DNA of 61,761 bases, the filler included. It is 6 parts of 6 records of this genome, joined end to end, with 100 filler letters (N's around TTAATTAATTAA, not from the genome) between each part and the next. Parts side by side here need not be neighbours in the genome. Positions count along the whole stretch, not along the records: positions 37,060 to 50,222 come from SRR20825010_215; 5 more parts are not named here. One strand, written 5' to 3'. Below the pieces are notes generated by a model, which saw nothing but the letters and a program-made list of their open reading frames with translations, had not been told where the DNA came from and made no database searches. A program made the translations under genes and the position numbers. Below are positions 37,060-48,301 of the stretch, piece after piece. Positions within the stretch are counted from its first letter, which is position 1. The number at the start of each line of letters is the position of its first letter.

Positions 37060-37086
37060 TGCGCTACCGGGCTGCGCTACGCTCCG
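37060..37086 (-). tRNA. tRNA-Pro, 5' fragment (anticodon not visible)
   Basis: Reverse complement CGGAGCGTAGCGCAGCCCGGTAGCGCA; usual position downstream of ihfA-MerR. Confidence 0.85.
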
Positions 37087-37252
37087 ACTAAACCGGTGAA
37101 AGAACGACGGGTGACCGACGCCCTTTGAAGGCGCGGAATATAGACGGGGGTTTCGCCTGCGGCAACGCCCTAACCACTATATTTTTGAAGGTTTTTCGCC
37201 GTTTCCACAAAAAACAGCATGGGTAAGAAGGTCGCAAGGATCATCGGACCGA

Positions 37253-37774
37253 TTAATCCTCCTCGCCCTCCTCTTCCCAAAGGGTTTCATCGATTTCTTC
37301 CTTCAAACCCACAAGGTCTTCAAGTAAAGCTTCAAGAGTTTCGCGCGCGGCGGCATCCAACCCACCGCTGCCAGAAGCCGTTTCCTCGCCGTCACTGCGA
37401 CGCACAGCCTCGCGCGCAAGCTCGGCCAACGAAGAATCAACAGTACCCTTGCCCGTCTCGCTGACGAATTTGACGCCTTGCTCGCGAAAGACCTTCTGAA
37501 CACCTTTGATAGTGTAACCGTCATTATAGAGAAGCGTGCGCACACCGCGCAGCAGGTCAACATCCTCGGGTCGGTAATAACGCCGACCGCCGCCGCGCTT
37601 CAGCGGCTTGATCTGATTGAACTTGCTCTCCCAGAACCGCAGGACGTGCTGAGGCACATCGAGTTCTGTTGCAACTTCGCTGATAGTCCGGAATGCGTCA
37701 GGCGATTTTTGTATAGACAAACCAGGTCCTTGGCTCCGCTCCCCGACCCCATCTCTCAACAAGGTTCTGGTCAC
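37253..37774 (-). CDS. MerR-family transcriptional regulator
   Basis: [13 protein letters not shown]...[10 protein letters not shown]...GGRRYY; follows ihfA; start uncertain. Confidence 0.92.
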   Translation of the reverse strand: MTRTLLRDGVGERSQGPGLSIQKSPDAFRTISEVATELDVPQHVLRFWESKFNQIKPLKRGGGRRYYRPEDVDLLRGVRTLLYNDGYTIKGVQKVFREQGVKFVSETGKGTVDSSLAELAREAVRRSDGEETASGSGGLDAAARETLEALLEDLVGLKEEIDETLWEEEGEED

Positions 37775-37788
37775 GGTGTCTCCAGTGC

Positions 37789-38106
37789 TTATTCGGCCGC
37801 TTCAGACTTGCCGCTGAGAGACGTATTGATCTGCTCCTTCAGCACATGGCTGGGACGGAACACAAGAACACGCCGCGGCTTGATCGGCACTTCTTCACCA
37901 GTCTTTGGGTTACGCCCCATGCGGCCACCCTTCTGGCGGACGGAAAAGGAACCGAAAGACGACAACTTCACGGTATCGCCTTTGGAAAGGCTCTCGCCGA
38001 TCTCATGCAGCACGGATTCGACAAGTTCGGCTGATTCATTGCGAGACAGCCCTACTTCCTGATAAACGGCTTCGCTCAGGTGAGCGCGCGTAATGGTATC
38101 CCCCAT
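37789..38106 (-). CDS. ihfA: Integration host factor alpha
   Basis: [32 protein letters not shown]. Confidence 0.96.
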   Translation of the reverse strand: MGDTITRAHLSEAVYQEVGLSRNESAELVESVLHEIGESLSKGDTVKLSSFGSFSVRQKGGRMGRNPKTGEEVPIKPRRVLVFRPSHVLKEQINTSLSGKSEAAE

Positions 38107-38235
38107 GGGCATTCCCTCCAAGTTCGCCACAAGCCTATGGCGGACCGATTAACCCGTCAATATCAATAGGATGCGTGAAACTTCTAAAGTGTCGTTATGT
38201 CTTCAATCATAACAAAAACGACCGGAATCACTTCT

Positions 38236-39213
38236 TCACCAGCGAACCAGAACAGAGCCCCAGGTAAAACCGCCACCCATCGCCTCGAGCAAAACAAGCT
38301 GGCCACGCTTGATCCGGCCATCGCGCACGGCACCATCCAACGCCAAGGGCACAGAAGCAGCTGAGGTGTTGCCATGCTCACCAACGGTGATGACGACCTT
38401 TTCAGGGGCAAGGCCAATACGCTTCGCAGTGCCATCCAGAATGCGCTTATTGGCCTGATGCGGCACGAACCAGTCGATATCGTCAGCTGTGAAGCCAGTC
38501 GCCGCCAGCGATTCCTTTATGGTGTCAGCGATATTCACAACCGCATGGCGAAACACCTCGCGGCCTTCCATACGGACATGACCGGTAGTCCCGGTGGAAG
38601 ACGGCCCGCCATCGACATAGAGCTTGTCCTTATAGCGGCCATCGGAATGAAGGTGAGCCGTGAGGATGCCGCGATCGGCAGTGGTGCCCTCGCCTTCCTC
38701 GCCACGAACAATGACGGCGCCCGCCCCGTCGCCGAACAAAACGCAAGTCGTCCGGTCGGTCCAATCCAGCAGACGAGAAAATGTCTCCGCACCAATGACC
38801 AGCACGGTGCGCGCCTGACCACAGCGGATGAAAGTGTCGGCAATGGTGAGCGCATAGACGAAGCCCGAGCACACCGCCTGAATATCAAAGGCGGCACCAT
38901 GATGCAGACCGAGGGCAGCCTGCACGGTGACAGCGGTCGCGGGAAACGTATTATCCGGCGTGGTGGTCGCCATGATAATCGTGTCGATTTCCTGCGCATC
39001 GATGCCCGCATCCGCGATGGCGGCCAGAGCAGCCTTGAGCGCAAGGTCGGATGTCATCTCATTGTCGGCGGCAATATGGCGAGCGTGAATGCCCGTGCGC
39101 TCGACAATCCATTCGTCGGTCGTCTCGACGATCTTGGTGATGTCTTCATTGGAAACGCGCCGCTCCGGCAGATAGCTGCCGACACCGGTGATAACGCTAC
39201 GGATAATACTCAC
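38236..39213 (-). CDS. fabH: Beta-ketoacyl-ACP synthase III
   Basis: [41 protein letters not shown]. Confidence 0.97.
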   Translation of the reverse strand: MSIIRSVITGVGSYLPERRVSNEDITKIVETTDEWIVERTGIHARHIAADNEMTSDLALKAALAAIADAGIDAQEIDTIIMATTTPDNTFPATAVTVQAALGLHHGAAFDIQAVCSGFVYALTIADTFIRCGQARTVLVIGAETFSRLLDWTDRTTCVLFGDGAGAVIVRGEEGEGTTADRGILTAHLHSDGRYKDKLYVDGGPSSTGTTGHVRMEGREVFRHAVVNIADTIKESLAATGFTADDIDWFVPHQANKRILDGTAKRIGLAPEKVVITVGEHGNTSAASVPLALDGAVRDGRIKRGQLVLLEAMGGGFTWGSVLVRW

Positions 39214-40298
39214 GATAGAGCAGCCTCGGACTCGTCTGTTGTTGTTGCAGCTGAATCTGCACCCGCCGACGGTTTGATCCCGTCCAATGCGCCCAGATCG
39301 GCCATGATTTTTTGCACGAGATCGGCAGCAGCGACATCCACAGCCACATCGATCGCATAGGCAAAGCCCTCGGCGTCGGTGCCGCCATGGCTTTTAACCA
39401 CCAGCCCGTTGAGGCCGAGAAATACCGCACCATTGGAGGTGCGGGGATCGAGCTTCTTGCTGAGAGCCGTAAAGGCCCCCTTCGCCAGAAGGTATCCAAT
39501 ACGCGAAAGCAGCGAACTGTTGAGCGCATTGCGCAAGAACTCGACAATGAGACGCACAGTGCCTTCGGCGGTCTTGAGCGCGATATTGCCGGTATAACCA
39601 TCAGTCACAACAACATCGGTCGTGCCTTTGGAAATATCGTCACCTTCAACAAAACCATGGAAGTTCAACGGCAGGTTATTATTGCGCAACATCTGCGCTG
39701 CTTCCTTTACCTGCTCGGTGCCCTTCACTTCTTCCTGCCCAATATTGAGCAAGCCGACTGTGGGCCGCTCGACACCGAAAAGAATACGAGCAAAAGCCTC
39801 GCCCATCAGGGCAAACTGTACGAGCTGATAAGCATCCGGCCCAATAGTGGCGCCAAGATCGAGAACGATGCTCTCGCCGCGCGCGGTTGGCCACAAGGCG
39901 GCAAGTGCAGGGCGCTCAACATTGGGGATCGTGCGCAAGATGACCTTGGACATGGCCATCAACGCACCAGTATTACCAGCCGACACGGCAACCTGCGCGC
40001 GCTCTGCTTTCACGGCGTCAATTGCCTGCCACATGCTGCTGGTCTTGCGGCCACGACGCAAAGCCTGGCTTGGCAATTCGTCCATACCGATTGCAACTTC
40101 CGTATGAACAATTTCGCTGACAGCGGTGAGGCGCGGAAAACGCTCCAGCATTGGGCGTATCGCAGCTTCATCACCAAATATCAGAAAACGCACCGATGGA
40201 TGACGCACGGTCGCAACTTCGGCACCACCGAGAACCGTTTCCAGTCCGTGGTCGCCGCCCATGCCATCCAGCGCTATGGTCAATCCGCTTGTCGTCAC
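39210..40298 (-). CDS. plsX: Phosphate acyltransferase PlsX
   Basis: [43 protein letters not shown]. Confidence 0.97.
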   Translation of the reverse strand: MTTSGLTIALDGMGGDHGLETVLGGAEVATVRHPSVRFLIFGDEAAIRPMLERFPRLTAVSEIVHTEVAIGMDELPSQALRRGRKTSSMWQAIDAVKAERAQVAVSAGNTGALMAMSKVILRTIPNVERPALAALWPTARGESIVLDLGATIGPDAYQLVQFALMGEAFARILFGVERPTVGLLNIGQEEVKGTEQVKEAAQMLRNNNLPLNFHGFVEGDDISKGTTDVVVTDGYTGNIALKTAEGTVRLIVEFLRNALNSSLLSRIGYLLAKGAFTALSKKLDPRTSNGAVFLGLNGLVVKSHGGTDAEGFAYAIDVAVDVAAADLVQKIMADLGALDGIKPSAGADSAATTTDESEAALS

Positions 40299-40421
40299 CC
40301 CAACCTCACTTCCCCGTCCGGCTCAAAAATCAGATGCGCGAACACCCTGAACGGTCGCCCCGAAGATAACGGGTTGCGCCGCAGAGACAACACCTTCGTT
40401 TTGCCCTAAGCGCTTGCAGAA

Positions 40422-40985
40422 TCAATCTTTTCTTTTGAGTTTTTCCAGCGCGGCAAAGGGATTCGGTCGCATTTCCGCCACGTCTTCGGGCTCAATGACT
40501 GTCTTTGCAGGCACCGCATCGGGTTTGCGCGGGTATGGATCAAGGGCCAGAGCTAGCTGTTCAGACATGGCTTCACCCAAATCAATTTTGCCATTTTCGA
40601 TGACTTCAGGCTCGTCCGCGCTCTCAACATCGACAATGATCTCGCTTTCGGCGGCCTTGGCGGCATCGCGCTCAATCATTTCCAGCGGTAGAAAATTCAG
40701 GCTGAAATTTTCCGAAACACGGGCATCCATAGGTTCGAGTGAGACAACACAGGTCTGCACTACATCTGCCGTGAAGGACCCTTCCAGCGCAAGGCCGTGA
40801 CGCCGCCAGGGCTTCACACCAACCTTGCCGCTGAACGAGTTGATCGCGACCAATCCGAAACGCTCTGCCAAGGCCGCCCGTTCAGCTTCATTCACATCAA
40901 ACTTCACGAAAGTGCCATTGGGTGGAACATCGGCGACGGCCAGCACTTTGCTGAATTCCGGGGTTATGTCGGTTGGGGCACTCAT
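40422..40985 (-). CDS. YceD/DUF177 family protein
   Basis: VVQTCVVSLEP, IDLGE, LALDPYPRK, NPFAALEKLK; upstream of plsX. Confidence 0.9.
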   Translation of the reverse strand: MSAPTDITPEFSKVLAVADVPPNGTFVKFDVNEAERAALAERFGLVAINSFSGKVGVKPWRRHGLALEGSFTADVVQTCVVSLEPMDARVSENFSLNFLPLEMIERDAAKAAESEIIVDVESADEPEVIENGKIDLGEAMSEQLALALDPYPRKPDAVPAKTVIEPEDVAEMRPNPFAALEKLKRKD

Positions 40986-41554
40986 GCCGGATGTCCTTCG
41001 TTTGATGCGAGCATGGTTGCCAAAGCCACCTCGCCCTTAAAGAGATCAGCCACGGGTGCCTCGGCCAGTGCTTTTTCAGCGCGGCGCACATAAGTGGCAA
41101 GAAGCGCCACAGCCTCTGGAGTCGGCTCTGACTGCGCATATACATTGCGCAGCAAAGCCGCTGCAAGAAGCGCTTCGTCAGACGAATCAATTGCATCGTC
41201 ATAAGCCCCGATGCGGCCATAAAAAGCCGAAGCCATTTCCTTAATCTTCTTGCCGACTTTCAGGTCGCTAATGCCGATTTCCCGCAATGTCTGGTCCATA
41301 TCGTCAAACAGGAGATCAAACAGCTTCTGGCCGAGGTCCTTCGCGACCGCCTCATCGGCACTTTCAACCTTACGTAAACGGCGTAGCACCAGAAAAGCGT
41401 GGAGAGCTACCATTTCAAAGCGACCTTCCAACGTGTCAGGCACACCAGCATCGGTATAAAGGACAGGCTTGCGGGCTTGCGAGACGAGCGCGGCATAGAT
41501 AGCGTAGGCTTCTTGCTCAAGCGCCGGTCGGCCAAAAATTCTTTTCCACATCAT
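40982..41554 (-). CDS. Ubiquinol-cytochrome c chaperone (Cbp3/UQCC1 family)
   Basis: GVPDTLEGRFEM..LH, DMDQTLREIGISD, AFYGR, ALLRNVY. Confidence 0.9.
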   Translation of the reverse strand: MMWKRIFGRPALEQEAYAIYAALVSQARKPVLYTDAGVPDTLEGRFEMVALHAFLVLRRLRKVESADEAVAKDLGQKLFDLLFDDMDQTLREIGISDLKVGKKIKEMASAFYGRIGAYDDAIDSSDEALLAAALLRNVYAQSEPTPEAVALLATYVRRAEKALAEAPVADLFKGEVALATMLASNEGHPA

Positions 41555-41697
41555 GCAGTTACTCCGTCCGGCCTGAGCGGCCTTTAGCCCGAAATCGAGC
41601 TTCTACAGGAAATCGACCCTTAAGAAGCCGATTGAATTTAGCGACCGACAAGGGTAGGTCAACGGTTGAACATTTGGTCTCTGGAGGGTCCGCCAAT

Positions 41698-42180
41698 ATG
41701 ACTTCCACTCGCATCCTGCGTCGCGCCGGGTTTCTGGCTGCTTTCACCCTGCTCGCGGCGTCCGGCGCTGCGCTGACCGGCTGCACCGAGATCGTAGCCC
41801 CTGTTACCGCACAGCGCGGCTACATCGTCAATGAGACCGATCTGAAAAAGGTCAAACCCAAAATCACGTCTAAGGGGCAGGTCCAAGAATATATGGGCAC
41901 CCCCTCCACCGTTTCGACAATTGACGGTGAAGCCTGGTATTACATTTCCAGCAAGACCGAAGCTTTCCTTTACAACCAACCCGAAGAAGTCGAGCGCACG
42001 GTAATCGCGGTCTATTTCGATCAGACCGACACTGTACAGGAACTACTGTTTTACGGCATTCAGGACGGCGAAATTGTCGATCTGCAGACCCGCGTCACAC
42101 CGACGCGCGGTAAGGAGTTGACCATTCTGGGCCAGCTTTTCGGCAATCTGGGCCGCTTCAACAAGAACAGCCCGAAATAA
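41698..42180 (+). CDS. bamE: Outer membrane protein assembly lipoprotein BamE
   Basis: Lipobox LTGC, QRGY, MGTPS, WYYIS, QLFGNLGRF. Confidence 0.9.
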   Translation: MTSTRILRRAGFLAAFTLLAASGAALTGCTEIVAPVTAQRGYIVNETDLKKVKPKITSKGQVQEYMGTPSTVSTIDGEAWYYISSKTEAFLYNQPEEVERTVIAVYFDQTDTVQELLFYGIQDGEIVDLQTRVTPTRGKELTILGQLFGNLGRFNKNSPK

Positions 42181-42206
42181 GCTTATCTCCGGAAACTCCG
42201 GACATG

Positions 42207-42237
42207 AAAAAGCCCCGCAAAATCTGCGGGGCTTTTT
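42207..42237. terminator. Bidirectional intrinsic terminator
   Basis: AAAAAGCCCCGCA-AAATC-TGCGGGGCTTTTT. Confidence 0.9.
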
Positions 42238-42255
42238 GCTTGTGTCGAACCGGCT

Positions 42256-44376
42256 TTATGCTGAATGCGCAAGCACGGCGAGAAGAAGAAGAGCCACGAT
42301 ATTTGTGATCTTGATCATCGGATTCACAGCCGGACCAGCAGTATCCTTGTAAGGATCGCCGACCGTGTCGCCGGTCACGGCAGCCTTATGAGCTTCCGAA
42401 CCTTTGCCGCCATGATGGCCGTCTTCGATATATTTCTTGGCATTGTCCCAAGCGCCGCCACCAGCTGTCATCGACAGAGCCACGAAGAGGCCTGTGATAA
42501 TGACGCCGAGCAGCATGGCACCAACGGCCGAAAATGCATCTGACTTCGTACCGATCTGCAGAATGATGAAATACAGAACGACAGGTGACAGCACCGGCAG
42601 CAGCGAGGGAACAATCATTTCCTTGATCGCGGCCTTGGTGAGCATATCCACGGCGCGGGCATAATCCGGCTTGGATGTGCCTGCCATGATGCCCGGATCA
42701 GCTTTGAACTGACGACGCACTTCAACCACAACGGCACCTGCCGCACGCCCCACGGCTGTCATACCCATTGCGCCGAAAAGATAGGGCAACAGACCGCCAA
42801 GGAACAGACCAACCACAACATAGGGATTGGACAGGGAGAAGTCCGCCTGCACACCCGCGAAATACGGGTAGTTCTCAGGCGAGGCCGAGAAGAAGTTCAG
42901 ATCCTGCGTGTAAGCCGCAAACAGAACCAGCGCACCAAGACCAGCAGAACCAATGGCATAACCTTTGGTAACAGCTTTTGTCGTGTTGCCGACCGCATCA
43001 AGCGCGTCGGTTGTCTTACGTACGTCAGCAGGAAGATCTGCCATTTCGGCAATGCCACCAGCATTATCCGTGACCGGACCAAAAGCATCCAGCGCCACAA
43101 CCATGCCGGCAAGAGCAAGCATGGTGGAAACAGCAATCGCAATGCCGAAGAGACCGGCAAGGCTGTAGGTGCTGAGAATACCAACCACAATGATGATTGC
43201 AGGCAGCGCCGTGGCTTCCATGGAAATGGCCAAACCCTGAATAACGTTTGTGCCGTGGCCTGTTACCGAAGCAGCAGCAATGCTTTTGACGGGGCGATAA
43301 TTCACGCCCGTATAATATTCGGTCACCCAGATGATAAGACCGGTAATGACAAGACCAGCAACGCCGCAGAGATAGAGATCCCAGCCGGTGAAGGTCTTGA
43401 GCGCAACGGTATATTCCGAACCGAAACCGATGAGGTAATCAGTAACGAAATAAAGCGCGATGAGCGACAGAATGGCAGAAGCCACAAAACCCTTATAAAG
43501 GGCATTCATGACGTTGTTGCTCTTGCCGAGGCGTACAAAGAACACGCCGATGATCGAAGTGATGATGCAGGTGCCGCCAATAGCAAGCGGATATGTCATG
43601 AGGCTCATGACTGTATCACCGGCAAAGAAGATCGAGGCCAGAACCATGGTCGCAACCAGCGTCACGGCATAGGTTTCGAAAAGGTCAGCAGCCATACCGG
43701 CGCAGTCGCCGACATTGTCACCTACGTTGTCGGCAATCGTTGCCGGATTGCGTGGATCATCTTCCGGAATACCGGCTTCAACCTTACCAACCAAGTCGCC
43801 ACCAACATCGGCACCTTTTGTAAAGATGCCGCCACCGAGACGGGCAAAGATCGAAATAAGCGAAGCACCAAAACCAAGCGCCACGAGAGCGTCAATGACT
43901 TCACGCGAGCTTGCCGCGTAGCCGAGATAGCTTGTCAGTACACCAAAATAAACGGTAACCGACAGAAGTGCCAGACCAGCCACAAGCATGCCTGTGACGG
44001 TGCCCGCGCGGAACGCGATGGAAAGACCAGCAGCCAGACTGACGCTGGAGGCCTGTGTGGTACGCACATTGGCACGCACCGAAACAAGCATACCAATGTA
44101 ACCGGCAAGACCAGACAGTCCGGCCCCGATCAGAAAGCCGATGCCGACCTTGATGCCAAGCAGATAGGAAATCAGTACGAAGATGACGGCACCAACGATG
44201 CCGATTGTCGTGTATTGGCGGTTGAGATAGGCGCCGGCACCCTCCTGAATAGCCGCCGCAATCTCCTGCATTCGGGCATTGCCCGCATCCGCGGCAAGAA
44301 CGGAGCGTCCTGCCAAAATCCCATAGAGAAGGGCAAGACCACCGCAACCGATGATCGCCCACAATGTGGTGCTCAT
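42256..44376 (-). CDS. hppA: Membrane H+-translocating pyrophosphatase, K+-independent type
   Basis: [37 protein letters not shown] (Lys indicates K+-independence), [14 protein letters not shown]. Confidence 0.97.
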   Translation of the reverse strand: MSTTLWAIIGCGGLALLYGILAGRSVLAADAGNARMQEIAAAIQEGAGAYLNRQYTTIGIVGAVIFVLISYLLGIKVGIGFLIGAGLSGLAGYIGMLVSVRANVRTTQASSVSLAAGLSIAFRAGTVTGMLVAGLALLSVTVYFGVLTSYLGYAASSREVIDALVALGFGASLISIFARLGGGIFTKGADVGGDLVGKVEAGIPEDDPRNPATIADNVGDNVGDCAGMAADLFETYAVTLVATMVLASIFFAGDTVMSLMTYPLAIGGTCIITSIIGVFFVRLGKSNNVMNALYKGFVASAILSLIALYFVTDYLIGFGSEYTVALKTFTGWDLYLCGVAGLVITGLIIWVTEYYTGVNYRPVKSIAAASVTGHGTNVIQGLAISMEATALPAIIIVVGILSTYSLAGLFGIAIAVSTMLALAGMVVALDAFGPVTDNAGGIAEMADLPADVRKTTDALDAVGNTTKAVTKGYAIGSAGLGALVLFAAYTQDLNFFSASPENYPYFAGVQADFSLSNPYVVVGLFLGGLLPYLFGAMGMTAVGRAAGAVVVEVRRQFKADPGIMAGTSKPDYARAVDMLTKAAIKEMIVPSLLPVLSPVVLYFIILQIGTKSDAFSAVGAMLLGVIITGLFVALSMTAGGGAWDNAKKYIEDGHHGGKGSEAHKAAVTGDTVGDPYKDTAGPAVNPMIKITNIVALLLLAVLAHSA

Positions 44377-44571
44377 AGTTTCTTTCCTTGTTTTTCTACG
44401 GGAGCATGAACTTCGGTCGGATTTTAAACCCGACGGCAGCCCCTCCCCCTCCCAGTCGAAGTACAATTGGAGAAACGATGCCAAATGCAGAAGGGGAAAG
44501 CAACCTGACCTATCTGAACCAACCACTGATATCTTATTTGACCGGTGGAACCTGTGGCCGCAGCGACAGGG

Positions 44572-45555
44572 TCAGAAATGGCGAAAGCCCGCGCGTTTGA
44601 AGGACAAAGGTGCTCCAAAGGCATCAATGGCAAGCACGTTTTCATGGGACTCAACCATTCGCCCGATACGGGTGACACCTATGGACGATTGCGCTGCAAC
44701 AGAATCGATGTGCTGTGCAGCAGAAGCAGGGGCGGCAAAGAGAAGCTCGTAATCATCACCGCCGGTCACGACCAATTCCAGCAATGAAGGCGTGCACTCC
44801 AGAGCCAAACGGGCCGCATCCGAGAGTGGTAGGCGAGTAAGCTCGACCCTCGCACCTAATTCCGACTGCTGACAGAGATGTCCAAGATCGGCCATCAGAC
44901 CGTCCGAGATGTCGAGCGCTGCATGGACAATTCCATGCAATTTCTGCCCGAAAGCCACACGTGGCTCCGGGCGCCTGTAACGGGAGATAAGAAAATCGGT
45001 ATCGGCATCCGGAAGAACAAGCTGTCCCTGCGCTGCCAAAAGCCCGAGAGCCCCATCACCGATAGTACCGGTAACATAAAGATCATCACCTAACTGAGCA
45101 CCGGAACGGCGTAACATACCGCCCTGCCCGACCTCGCCTATGGCCGTGAGCGAAAAAGACAAGGGTCCGGGGGTCGAGACGGTATCGCCGCCGAGAAGTG
45201 AAATGCCGAATTGGGCCTGATCGGCGGCAAGACCGGATGCGAAATCTGCAATCCATTCAATAGATGTATCTGCTCGCCAGCTACAAGTGAGCAAATAGCC
45301 CCGTGGGCTCGCCCCTTTGGCTGCAAGGTCGGAGAGATTGACCCGCAAAAGCTTGCGGGCAATGTCAGCCGCTGGATCATCGGAGAGAAAATGAACGCCT
45401 TCGACAATCGCGTCCATGGTCAGAACCAGAGACTTGCCCGCAGATGGCGTAAGCAAAGCAGCGTCATCCAGCAAGCCAAAGGCACCAGCTTCTCCGCTGG
45501 CCAGTGGAGCAAAATAGGAAGCAATGAGATCGAACTCGTGGGGGCGCGGAGACAT
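44572..45555 (-). CDS. thiL: Thiamine-monophosphate kinase
   Basis: EFDLI, DDAA, EGVHF, NLSDLAAKG, GGDT, DISDGL, GGDDYEL. Confidence 0.96.
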   Translation of the reverse strand: MSPRPHEFDLIASYFAPLASGEAGAFGLLDDAALLTPSAGKSLVLTMDAIVEGVHFLSDDPAADIARKLLRVNLSDLAAKGASPRGYLLTCSWRADTSIEWIADFASGLAADQAQFGISLLGGDTVSTPGPLSFSLTAIGEVGQGGMLRRSGAQLGDDLYVTGTIGDGALGLLAAQGQLVLPDADTDFLISRYRRPEPRVAFGQKLHGIVHAALDISDGLMADLGHLCQQSELGARVELTRLPLSDAARLALECTPSLLELVVTGGDDYELLFAAPASAAQHIDSVAAQSSIGVTRIGRMVESHENVLAIDAFGAPLSFKRAGFRHF

Positions 45556-45569
45556 AGCCGCCTCCCGTA

Positions 45570-46049
45570 TCAGGCTTTGCGGACGGTGGACCCGAGACGG
45601 TCCAGAACCGCATTGACGACGCCCGGTTCGTCGCCCTCGAAGAAAGCGTGGGCGACATCAACATACTCGTTAATGACAACTTTAACCGGAATGTCTTTGC
45701 AACGACGCAGCTCATATACACCGGCACGCAGAACGGCACGCAATGTGCTGTCGATGCGCGCAAGCGTCCAGCCTTTGGCAAGCGCCCCGTTAATCGACAC
45801 GTCGATGTCGCGCTGCTCGCGCACCACACCGCGGATCACATCCTCGAAGTGGGTTTCGTCGGCTTCAGGATATGTTTCGTCTTCGATCTCCTGACCGAAA
45901 CGGTGATGGATGAATTCATCCACCACATCGTCAAGCGCCGTGCCGACCATATCCATCTGGTAAAGCGCTTGAACGGCCCCTAAACGCGCCGCCGAACGCG
46001 CGCTCAAAGGGGTGGAACCGGCAGCAGGTGTGGAGGGAGCCGACGACAT
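45570..46049 (-). CDS. nusB: Transcription antitermination factor NusB
   Basis: RSAARLGAVQALYQ, VVINEYVDVA, VNAVLD. Confidence 0.96.
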   Translation of the reverse strand: MSSAPSTPAAGSTPLSARSAARLGAVQALYQMDMVGTALDDVVDEFIHHRFGQEIEDETYPEADETHFEDVIRGVVREQRDIDVSINGALAKGWTLARIDSTLRAVLRAGVYELRRCKDIPVKVVINEYVDVAHAFFEGDEPGVVNAVLDRLGSTVRKA

Positions 46050-46079
46050 AAACGCTTCTACTTTCTAAAGAGCCAGATT

Positions 46080-46541
46080 TCAGGCCCCCAAATGACGCTT
46101 GAGCTCGATCATGTCAAGACAGGCGTCGGCTGCGCCACCACCTTTGTTCTTCTGATCGACCTTGGCTCGCGCCCAAGCCTGATCGCCATTCTCTACTGTC
46201 TGGATACCATTGCCCAGAGCCAGTGAGCGGGACACTGTGAGTTCCATCAAGGCCCGCGCGGATTCATTGGAAACTATATCATAATGGGTGGTTTCGCCGC
46301 GAATGACGCAACCCAGCGTCACAAACCCATCAAAACGCTTCACCTGACCACCATGGGCCATAGCATCCAGCGCATATTTAACGGCTGCAGGGATTTCCAG
46401 CACGCCGGGGACCGCAACGCGCTCATAAGTCGCATTACGCGCTTCAATGGCGGCAATTGCTCCACGAGCAAGTTCATCCGCCAGATCGCCATAGAAACGA
46501 GCTTCAACAATCAAGATATGGGCGTGTTTAGCACTGCTCAT
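46080..46541 (-). CDS. ribH: 6,7-dimethyl-8-ribityllumazine synthase
   Basis: VEARFY, VPGVLEIP, LGCVIRGETTHY, NKG. Confidence 0.96.
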   Translation of the reverse strand: MSSAKHAHILIVEARFYGDLADELARGAIAAIEARNATYERVAVPGVLEIPAAVKYALDAMAHGGQVKRFDGFVTLGCVIRGETTHYDIVSNESARALMELTVSRSLALGNGIQTVENGDQAWARAKVDQKNKGGGAADACLDMIELKRHLGA

Positions 46542-47683
46542 GCGATGTTTTCCTTGGCCTTGGATACAGAGGCTGCTTTGGCTGTGATGGGCCGCTGCCC
46601 CGCAACGGACAGACCATACCCTTCAAGACCGACAATACTACGATCGGTGTCCGACAGCAGGATCATTTCATGGACCCCGAGATCCAGCAGTATCTGGGCC
46701 CCAACGCCATATTCACGCAAGCGACGTGGCATGCTCTGGTCAGTTGCCTCGCCTTTACGAAGCAGCAAGTCGGACACAACGGTCGCCTGCGTATCGCGGA
46801 TAATGACGATCACGCCACGCCCCTCTTCAGAAATGATCCGCATGGATTCTTTCAGAAGGTCAGCGCGAGCACCATGCGCACCGAGCAAATCATCAAACAC
46901 ATTGGTGGCATGCATACGTACAAGCACAGGTTCAGGTGTCGAGATATCGCCCTTCACCAACGCGATATGCTCAGCATATTCAACCGTGTTGAGATAAACC
47001 TTCATCTGGAATTCGCCACCGTAGTTGCTTTCCAGCTCGGTCTCGATGGCACGATGGATGAAATGGTCATAGCGACGACGATAGGCGATGAGATCCGCAA
47101 TCGTGCCGATCTTCAGACCATGAAGCTGCGCGAACTGCACAAGGTCCGGCAAGCGGGCCATGGTTCCATCATCATTCATAATCTCGCAAATGACGCCGGC
47201 GGGATAAAGACCGGCCAGACGGGAGATGTCGACCGCTGCTTCTGTATGACCGGCACGGACCAGCACACCACCATCTTTGGCAACCAGCGGGAACACGTGG
47301 CCCGGCGACACAATATCGTTCTGACCTTTGGTCGGATCGATAGCAACCGACACTGTATGCGCACGGTCATGTGCCGAAATGCCGGTCGAAATGCCTTCGC
47401 GCGCTTCAATGGAAACGGTAAAGGCAGTCTGGTTGCGCGACTGATTGTTCGAAGACATAAATTCCAGATTGAGCAATTTCGCCCGCTCGCCAGTCATCGT
47501 CAGGCAGACAAGACCGCGACCATATTTCGCCATGAAATTCACAGCTTCCGGTGTGCACATCTGCGCTGGAATAACGAGATCGCCTTCGTTTTCGCGATCT
47601 TCGGCGTCAACGAGAATGAACATCTTGCCGTTACGGGCGTCTTCGATGATTTCCTCGATGGTGGAAATATATTCCTTATACAC
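46538..47683 (-). CDS. ribB: DHBP synthase fused to a degenerate GTP cyclohydrolase II-like domain (RibBX type)
   Basis: DRENEGD, FTVSIEA, TGISAHDR, PGHVFPL, GHTE; C-domain VRMH and REYGVGAQIL but no Zn-binding Cys. Confidence 0.93.
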   Translation of the reverse strand: MYKEYISTIEEIIEDARNGKMFILVDAEDRENEGDLVIPAQMCTPEAVNFMAKYGRGLVCLTMTGERAKLLNLEFMSSNNQSRNQTAFTVSIEAREGISTGISAHDRAHTVSVAIDPTKGQNDIVSPGHVFPLVAKDGGVLVRAGHTEAAVDISRLAGLYPAGVICEIMNDDGTMARLPDLVQFAQLHGLKIGTIADLIAYRRRYDHFIHRAIETELESNYGGEFQMKVYLNTVEYAEHIALVKGDISTPEPVLVRMHATNVFDDLLGAHGARADLLKESMRIISEEGRGVIVIIRDTQATVVSDLLLRKGEATDQSMPRRLREYGVGAQILLDLGVHEMILLSDTDRSIVGLEGYGLSVAGQRPITAKAASVSKAKENIA

Positions 47684-47688
47684 GGTGC

Positions 47689-48300
47689 TTATTCCTTCTC
47701 GGCCAGTCTGGCGACATAACGGGCCAGCATATCGATTTCAAGATTGATGCGTTGTCCGACCTGCGCTTCGCCCCAGGTCGTCACGGTTTGCGTATGGGGA
47801 ATGATGTTCACGCCGAAACGGGTGCCGCCTGAAACATCCTCAACTTCATTGACGGTGAGCGATGTGCCATCCAGCGTCACAGAACCTTTGGCAGCAATAA
47901 ACTTTCCCAAGCCTGCGGGCGCCTGGAATGTGAAACGCTTGCTGTCACCATCGGAACGGATGTCGATAATCGACCCGACCCCATCAACGTGACCGCTGAC
48001 AATGTGGCCGCCCAGCTCGTCACCAGCCTTCAATGCCCGTTCAAGATTGATGTGCGTGCCAGTAGTCCAGCTACCCAGCACTGTGCAATCCAGCGTCTCG
48101 GCGGAAGCATCAACTGCAAACCAATTAGCGCCGTTGTCATGCCCCTTTTCGACAACGGTGAGGCAGCAACCGGAACAGGCAATGGACGAACCCAGCGCCA
48201 TACTGTCCGGTTCGTAGATTGTTTCGATGACGAAGCGCGTGTCGCCCCGTTTCTCGACCGAGCGCACCCGCCCGACATCGCTTACAATTCCCGTAAACAT
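47689..48300 (-). CDS. ribE: Riboflavin synthase
   Basis: MFTGIV, GCCLTV, NLERAL, GGHIVSGHVD, KGSVTLDGTSLTVN. Confidence 0.96.
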   Translation of the reverse strand: MFTGIVSDVGRVRSVEKRGDTRFVIETIYEPDSMALGSSIACSGCCLTVVEKGHDNGANWFAVDASAETLDCTVLGSWTTGTHINLERALKAGDELGGHIVSGHVDGVGSIIDIRSDGDSKRFTFQAPAGLGKFIAAKGSVTLDGTSLTVNEVEDVSGGTRFGVNIIPHTQTVTTWGEAQVGQRINLEIDMLARYVARLAEKE

Positions 48301-48301
48301 A

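Noticed and set aside
40299-40421. Missing rpmF between DUF177 and plsX
   Set aside because: No L32-like ORF is present, but this arrangement is common in Alphaproteobacteria.
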